Part shown: positions 22,231-28,140 of the stretch, one piece after another | Layout of the letters: the number at the start of each line of letters is the position of its first letter | Numbering within the stretch: position 1 is the stretch's first letter | Origin: Macrostomum lignano | Lineage: Eukaryota | Direction: 5' to 3' | NCBI GenBank assembly: GCA_002269645.1 | Contig: NIVC01005035.1 | Location: 1 to 28,140, forward strand | Length of the DNA: 28,140 nt | Translations under genes and position numbers: made by a program | The notes under the pieces: generated by a model | The model's input: the letters and a program-made list of their open reading frames with translations, nothing else | The model's database searches: none | What the model was told of the DNA's origin: nothing

Positions 22231-22700
22231 TTCAACTCGTTTAGGTGCCTAGGCCCGATGGCATCTACCCAGCGTTCTTGCACGAGGCGGTGAAGAACTA
22301 CAGCTTCTTGGACCTCATCTGTCATCGTCTCGGAGCTTGCGTAGAACTGGGCTATGTACCAGTTGCGTGGAGGCCCTGGCGGTCTTTATCCCCAAGCCTG
22401 GAAAGAGTGACTACCAATCGGTGAAGACCTTCAGGTCTATCAGCGTCAGCTCTTACTGCCTGAAGGTCCTCAAAAGTTTGGTGGTTTGACGCCTGCGGTC
22501 AAGCTGAAGCGCTTTCCACTCTAACAGAACCAGCACGACTTCCGCGCGGGCAGGTCCACTGACGCGTCGAGAGTGCCCTCAATGTCATCGTTGACTTCCT
22601 GGAGAGACCCGTTCTTGTCAGTGGCTTTGCCCTCTCGCTTTTCCTGGACGTTGAGGAGGCCTTCGACAATGTCATCCTTAATACCTTGGCAGAGCCCTAA
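22231..22700 (+). mobile_element. Non-LTR retrotransposon reverse-transcriptase fragment (R1/LOA-like), decayed
   Basis: Across frameshifts: GP-DGIYPAFL, VFIPKPGKSDY, TFRSISVSSYCLKVL, QHDFRAGRST, LSLFLDVEEAFDNV. These are the N-terminal RT motifs of non-LTR elements. Clade assignment is tentative. Confidence 0.85.
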
Positions 22701-22744
22701 TATCCAGGGCCACGCAGCCTCACCATGTTCATCATCCGGATGCA

Positions 22745-24024
22745 ACGATGGCAAGATAGATGCAACGATGAGCTGGAGACCTACTGACAGAAGAGAAACG
22801 AGCTCTGTCTGGAAGAAGGAGTCATCTTCTGGGGTATTCGAGTCATTGTTCCAGCCAGGCTTCAGAATCATGTTCTAGACCTGCTGCACGAGGGTCATCT
22901 CGGAATTGTTTCAATGAAATAATTTGCTCGCCTGCATGTCTGGTTTCCTGGAATTGACAAGCAAATAGAAAGAGCTGTGAAGCGATGCAAAGGATGTGAA
23001 CTGCAGCGAAGCAAGCCGCCGGAATCGTCTGTACACCCTCTCTGTTGGCCTGAGAAGCCATGGACACGACTGCAAGCAGATTTCTTTGGACCGTGCTATG
23101 GATACAACTGGCTAGTGATTGTTTATGCTACATCGAAAGGGGTGGAAATCTTTCCATTGAAGGTTGCCAACGCTTTCAACACTATTCAAAGTTTCAGAGG
23201 GACGTTTGCCCGTTTTGGAATTCCATGACAAATACTAACAGATAACGGAAGTCAGTTTACATCACAAGAATTTGTCGAATTCACCAAATCGAATAATATC
23301 AAGCATATATTCAGTGCAGTTGGACATCCAAGAACAAATGGACTCAGTGAGCGAATGGTTCAAACGGCAAAGAAAGCAATCAGAGCAGGTATGAAAAGCC
23401 ATGGAAATCCTATCTTTAGCCTGCAGAACTTCTTATTTCGATATCGAAGCACTCCACACAGCACCACCGGCAAGTCACCAGCTGCTCAAGCCTGACACGT
23501 ATTGGAATGTCCTGGACTCGCAAAGTGAGCAGATAATGCGCCGGGAACAGATTCCACACAGAGAGTTTCAGGTTGGCGACACTGTGCTTGCTCTTGACTT
23601 CAGAAGAGAGAATGAGAACAAATGGGCGCACGCTAAAGTGATGAAGCAAACTGGACCACTATCCTATCAAGTTGAAGTCAACGGACAGATTTGGAAAAGG
23701 CACGTTGATCACCTCTTTAAGTCCGAACTGGAAGTTCCGCCTACACTGGATAGTGGATTCAATGAAAAGCTACAGCCCTCGAATAATGCTAGTACATCGT
23801 CTGAGTGCAATGCATGGAAGCCAGCCCAGGAGGAAACTGAGACATCGGGATCCAAGCTGGAAGACTCTACTCAGAGAGCCATAGACAAAGGCAAGGCACA
23901 AGACGCAACACCGAACAAACCTAAGAGCGACTCTGAAGGCAACGGCAATCATCAATTGGCTGACAAGCGAATGTTGCGGGATCGATCAAAGCTGAAGAAG
24001 CCGGACTTTTTTGTAGCGAAGTGA
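22745..24024 (+). mobile_element. Ty3/Gypsy pol relic (integrase), decayed
   Basis: KRNELCLEEGVIFWGIRVIVP; HHCC finger (LHEGH...RCKGC); PWTRLQADFFGP, TDNGSQF, NGLSERMV (D,D,E); YRSTPHSTTGKSPA; C-terminal FQVGDTV...GPLSY...KRHVDHL. In-frame stops at 22785, 22920, 23226 and a deletion/frameshift near 23480. Confidence 0.93.
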
Positions 24025-24080
24025 ATTCAGAAACTGATGATATGAACTGAACTGTCATATCAAACAATTATTTTGTTGAC

Positions 24081-24297
24081 AAAAGGGGGAACGATGCGTA
24101 TTCTATGTTAATATATATATTCTATTCTGACATTTTCGCTATTTTGTTTAAGGGCTGGGCCTGTCAAGCTAGATTCTAAAGGGCCACAGCAAAAGAAAAA
24201 GGAAATAAAAGGAAAAACCTTGGCCGCTCAAATACGCGGGATTAAAATCGTCTGTGATAAGCTCATCACAAAAGTTTATACGTCAAAGGACGTAACA
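24081..24297 (+). mobile_element. Polypurine tract (24081-24091) and putative 3' LTR (~24095 or 24106 to 24297) of the Gypsy element
   Basis: AAAAGGGGGAA 56 nt after the pol stop; TG at 24095 and TGTTA at 24106; internal AATAAA near 24204; TAACA at 24293-24297. No second LTR in the window to confirm. Confidence 0.5.
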
Positions 24298-24620
24298 GAG
24301 GCACTCTAGTGACCGGGAGTATTTGAGCAGGAATGATGCCATTTGCCACTCTAGCGAGGCACTCTAGTGACCAGGAGTATTTGAGCAGGAATGATGTCAT
24401 TTGCCACTCTAGCGAGGCACTCTAGTGACCAGGAGTATTTGAGCAGGCTTTATGCCATTTGCCACTCTAGCGAGGCACTCTAGTGACCAGGAGTATTTGA
24501 GCAGGAATGATGTCATTTGCCACTCTAGCGAGGCACTCTAGTGACCAGGAGTATTTGAGCAGGAATGAAGTCATTTGCCAATCTAGCGAGGCACACTAGT
24601 AACCAGGAGTATTTGAGCAG
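24298..24620. repeat. 58-bp tandem repeat, ~5.5 copies
   Basis: GAGGCAC starts at 24298, 24356, 24414, 24472, 24530, 24588. Confidence 0.95.
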
Positions 24621-24639
24621 GCAGTCAAATAGGCCATAG

Positions 24640-24909
24640 CCAACGGTCGAGCCACTGCTTAGGACTTCAATCGGGAGTCCGCGGGACCAACCAGTGAGGG
24701 AGCCTTTTGTGCCTGTGAATAGCGATGGTACTAAACTACTGAGGGTAATATGGGGGAACATTGTTGTTAAGGAATTCTTATTGAATTTTAATAAGTCGGC
24801 GTTTATTGAGAGTCTTGAAAAAGATAGCAAGAGAAGATTAACACTGAATTTAGCTCTGGCGCAGCTCAAACAAAACTTAGTTGTACAGGTTTGGATTTGG
24901 AGACCATAG
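24640..24909 (+). other. Open frame of unknown status (possible exon or TE relic)
   Basis: Stop-free frame after TAG 24637-24639 (…VPVNSDGTKLLRVIWGNIVVKEFLLNF…) with a possible CAG|GTTTGG donor; no motif recognised. Confidence 0.2.
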
Positions 24910-25204
24910 ACATATAATTAAGAAGTCTGTTATAGAAAACTCTAGAAGGAAAACTGGGATTCACTTACCGTAAATAGAGGTGGCTATTTAAGATAAACTA
25001 TTATAACACCTTTAACAATTGTTTCCTTGCTCGCACCCACAGAGCCTGAATTGAGCAATGAATGAGAAGTCAGGCACCGGTTCGAAGAATTCATTCACAA
25101 GTAGAACCCCTGCGATCAAGAAGCTCATTCGGTTTAGGCGGGGTTTGAGAAACATAACCCAAGGACAAATATCTGTCTGATATGTGCTCTTGTTTGCAGA
25201 AAAT

Positions 25205-25554
25205 TACACTGAATTTGGATATGCACCACAAGAGAAGGCACTGATTTCACCATCTTGTGAACACGGATGGCTAGCTAATGCAGCTGTCTCGATCTGCGAC
25301 CGAGCTTGCTGAATGTCGCCAGCAAATCGGCTCTCCTTAAAGATGTTGGCAGCGTCAATATACGTGGATTATTCCTCGGTCAGCAGCTGATTTATCGCTG
25401 CATCTTCTGCCGCGTCTCCTGCGTCATCTGACTGCGGTGGAGCACGGCTTGAACCCGCTCAGTGAGCTCTGGTTTGTTTCCCGAAACCGGTAGGCCGTTG
25501 TTTCCTCTCAGAGCCGGGCACAGTTAGCCTACTGTGAACTGGGGGAGATCAGAC

Positions 25555-25556
<2 letters not shown>
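25205..25556 (-). pseudogene. SAP-domain-containing gene relic
   Basis: MSDLPQFTVG*LCPALRGNNGLPVSGNKPELTERVQ fits the SAP pattern (TV.QL...L...GLP.SG.K.EL.ER) with TAA where Gln (CAA) is expected. After a frameshift, an acidic linker and further broken coding-like sequence follow. Confidence 0.6.
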
Positions 25557-26213
<657 letters not shown>

Positions 26214-27154
26214 AAATTAGGTACCTGACGCATGAAAAGCGCAAGGTTACGGAGATGGGTAACATGTCGGACGCACTATCAGCCACGCTGTATGGATCCA
26301 CCAGCAAAACCGATGAACCTGAATAGAATTCTTTGACCATTGCTAATTCTAGTTCCATGACTGCTACCTTTGCTGACGTTGCCCAAGAGCCGGACCCAAA
26401 AGTGGTCGTGCCTGGATCACCAAGCTCGGACCTGTTTCGTCCAGTCAGTACCTTATAAATCAGGTGATCGACATGGATTCCACCAATATGGAGGGGAACC
26501 GTTCAGCGTTTTCGCTTAACTTCAATGGAACTTTTGCGAAATGCGTGTTCAATTTTAAGCCCTAGGATGCAACCTGGCATCGTCAATGCTACCCAAACTG
26601 AAAAAAACTGCTAAGTTTTACCAACATTTGTTTTAGTAGTATTGCAGTTTTATGTTTTAAAGTCCTGTGGTTTTGACGTTAGATTACTGTATCAAGTTCC
26701 AGTTCAACTTAAATAATAAGAAGTATTCTAAAAATAGAAGCGTGCAGCAACGGGACGTTACTTCACGCAAATTGGACGTTGCGGCACATTGTCTATGGTA
26801 AAGACATTTACTAATGCACTGCCAAATCGTTAGTCAATGGGTTACGAGCGTTTTAGTTATACTCGTAGCATAGACTAAACATCAGTGAATAGTATGCTAG
26901 AAAGAAAATCAGTTGCAAAGCAAGGAGTACTCACGACGCAGAACTTAAACTTCATGGCGATTTTATTTGTGAAGCGATCTATAAATATACACAAGCACTC
27001 TCTTACAAGCAATACGACTTCAAGCGTTGCAATTCACATATAAAATCGCTATCTAGTCCATAATGTTTACTATAAAGAATGCGTTCAAGCGGGCCTGAAA
27101 AAAACTCCTACCAAGTTTAATTTCTGCGTCCTGAGTTTTTGAGTAGTCCTTGTT

Positions 27155-27981
27155 GCAAAGTCCAACAAAGGAAAGAAATACGCTCGTAGTAAAGAGAAGC
27201 AGGAAAAAAACGAACATCAAAATGCTTTCTATCAAATGGTCCGTGCTGGGGTGCAGAGGTATTTGACTCTCGTTCTGAAGCGTCGAACCAATATTATCTC
27301 TGGCAACAAGTTTAGCGACGCCAATCGAATTCTGCGCGTCAAGGTGCGTCATTTCTTTTGTGAAAGGGTTCTGTGAAGCAGCGCGAGCCAATAAAGGAAG
27401 TTTATTGAAAATGCGCGAATACTTCAACCGTTCCATCGCTGAGAGGTTGCAAGACGAGATACTATTAACGTTGCTGTTCTGTGTGAGAGAGGACAGAAGC
27501 ACCTGTCGAGTCTAAAGCAAGTTGGCACATGTTAAGACTGTGTCGACGTTGATGGCAATCCAGATCTTGCATTGCCACCACTTACGATAAAAAACAGAGT
27601 ATTGATCCAACAAAATGCAAGGGAAACCAGAGCAAGCAGAGAGCCGGATCTACGGTTGTCAGTGGGAATTGATTCTGAAGTATCAAGTTTGTTGCCGCAG
27701 AATTCTCCGTCATTCTTCCCACGTCCATTAAGCAACAATGAAGGATGGCGTCTTCCCTCCCGGCCTGCTACGCAAGTGCGTGGTGTCAATTGGTTGGCTG
27801 CTTTCATGAAGCCCATTTGTAGTATGCGCAACCTGTCCAAACAGTACACGAATCACTGCGTCCGAGTTACGCGAATCACAGATACAATGGAGTACCTCTA
27901 GGTACGCGTAAAATAAGGGCGGTCAATGGACAGAAATCGGAGTCCATTGTCCAATGTTATCTTGAACGTAAACGATATTGA
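27155..27981 (+). pseudogene. Crypton-type tyrosine recombinase relic (DUF3504/KCTD1-like family)
   Basis: Joined over three frameshifts and one stop: GKKYARS; MVRAGVQRYL...NIISGNKFSDANRIL; LLKMREYFNRSIAERLQDEILLTLLFC; RGQKHLSSLK (catalytic R); DVDG...TIKN (K); FFPRP; GVNWLAAFMKPICSMRNLSKQYTNHCVRVT (HxxR, 27854-27865); IRAVNGQKSESIVQCY (H replaced by Q, Tyr at 27958-27960). Confidence 0.8.
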
Positions 27982-28140
27982 CGTTGTCTAAACAATCGTA
28001 AGTCAAACATTTAATGCTTACTGGATTACTTAGTGATGATCATATTTATTATTTAGCCAACATTCCAGCAATATTTTTGTGCATTGCAGGTTAAAAAAAC
28101 ATACGAGCTTAAAACAGGAAACTATTTATAACACAGTGAA

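Noticed and set aside
27053-27502. 149-aa minus ORF with a hydrophobic stretch (possible membrane protein)
   Set aside because: It lies antisense to the Crypton recombinase motifs, which explain the region better.
27924-27949. 8-bp stem CAATGGAC...GTCCATTG as a terminator or element end
   Set aside because: It lies inside the recombinase coding relic and has no U-tract; bacterial terminators are not relevant here.

Overview
Eukaryotic (intron-containing, standard code) animal-like genomic DNA with GC-rich exons, AT-rich introns and roughly one fifth tandem repeats. The style is reminiscent of repeat-rich invertebrates such as the flatworm Macrostomum, but the taxon is not provable from this window. 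Two conserved genes lie tail-to-tail: a complete 3-exon adenylosuccinate synthetase (+, 3016-5326, 454 aa) and an 8-exon trefoil + GH31 lysosomal-type alpha-glucosidase (-, 20675-9809, about 906 aa after correcting one 1-nt homopolymer frameshift in the last exon). The glucosidase introns carry antisense passengers: a 2.0-kb Tc1/IS630-like element with ~420-450 bp TIRs (intron 7), an internally deleted mariner (intron 2), a possible MITE (intron 6), and in intron 1 an intronless gene for a PARP-family ADP-ribosyltransferase (H-Y-E triad intact) with a Myb/SANT-like N-terminus, bracketed by convergently oriented arrays of one GC-rich 21-bp repeat. This last cassette is the most unusual item. 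The right third is a transposon graveyard: a non-LTR RT fragment joined to a Gypsy integrase with PPT and putative LTR, a SAP-domain pseudogene, an ORF split by a (TCTG)n tract with a 10-bp direct repeat, and a decayed Crypton-type tyrosine recombinase. No rRNA, tRNA or CRISPR was seen. All calls are from manual reading; no searches were run.
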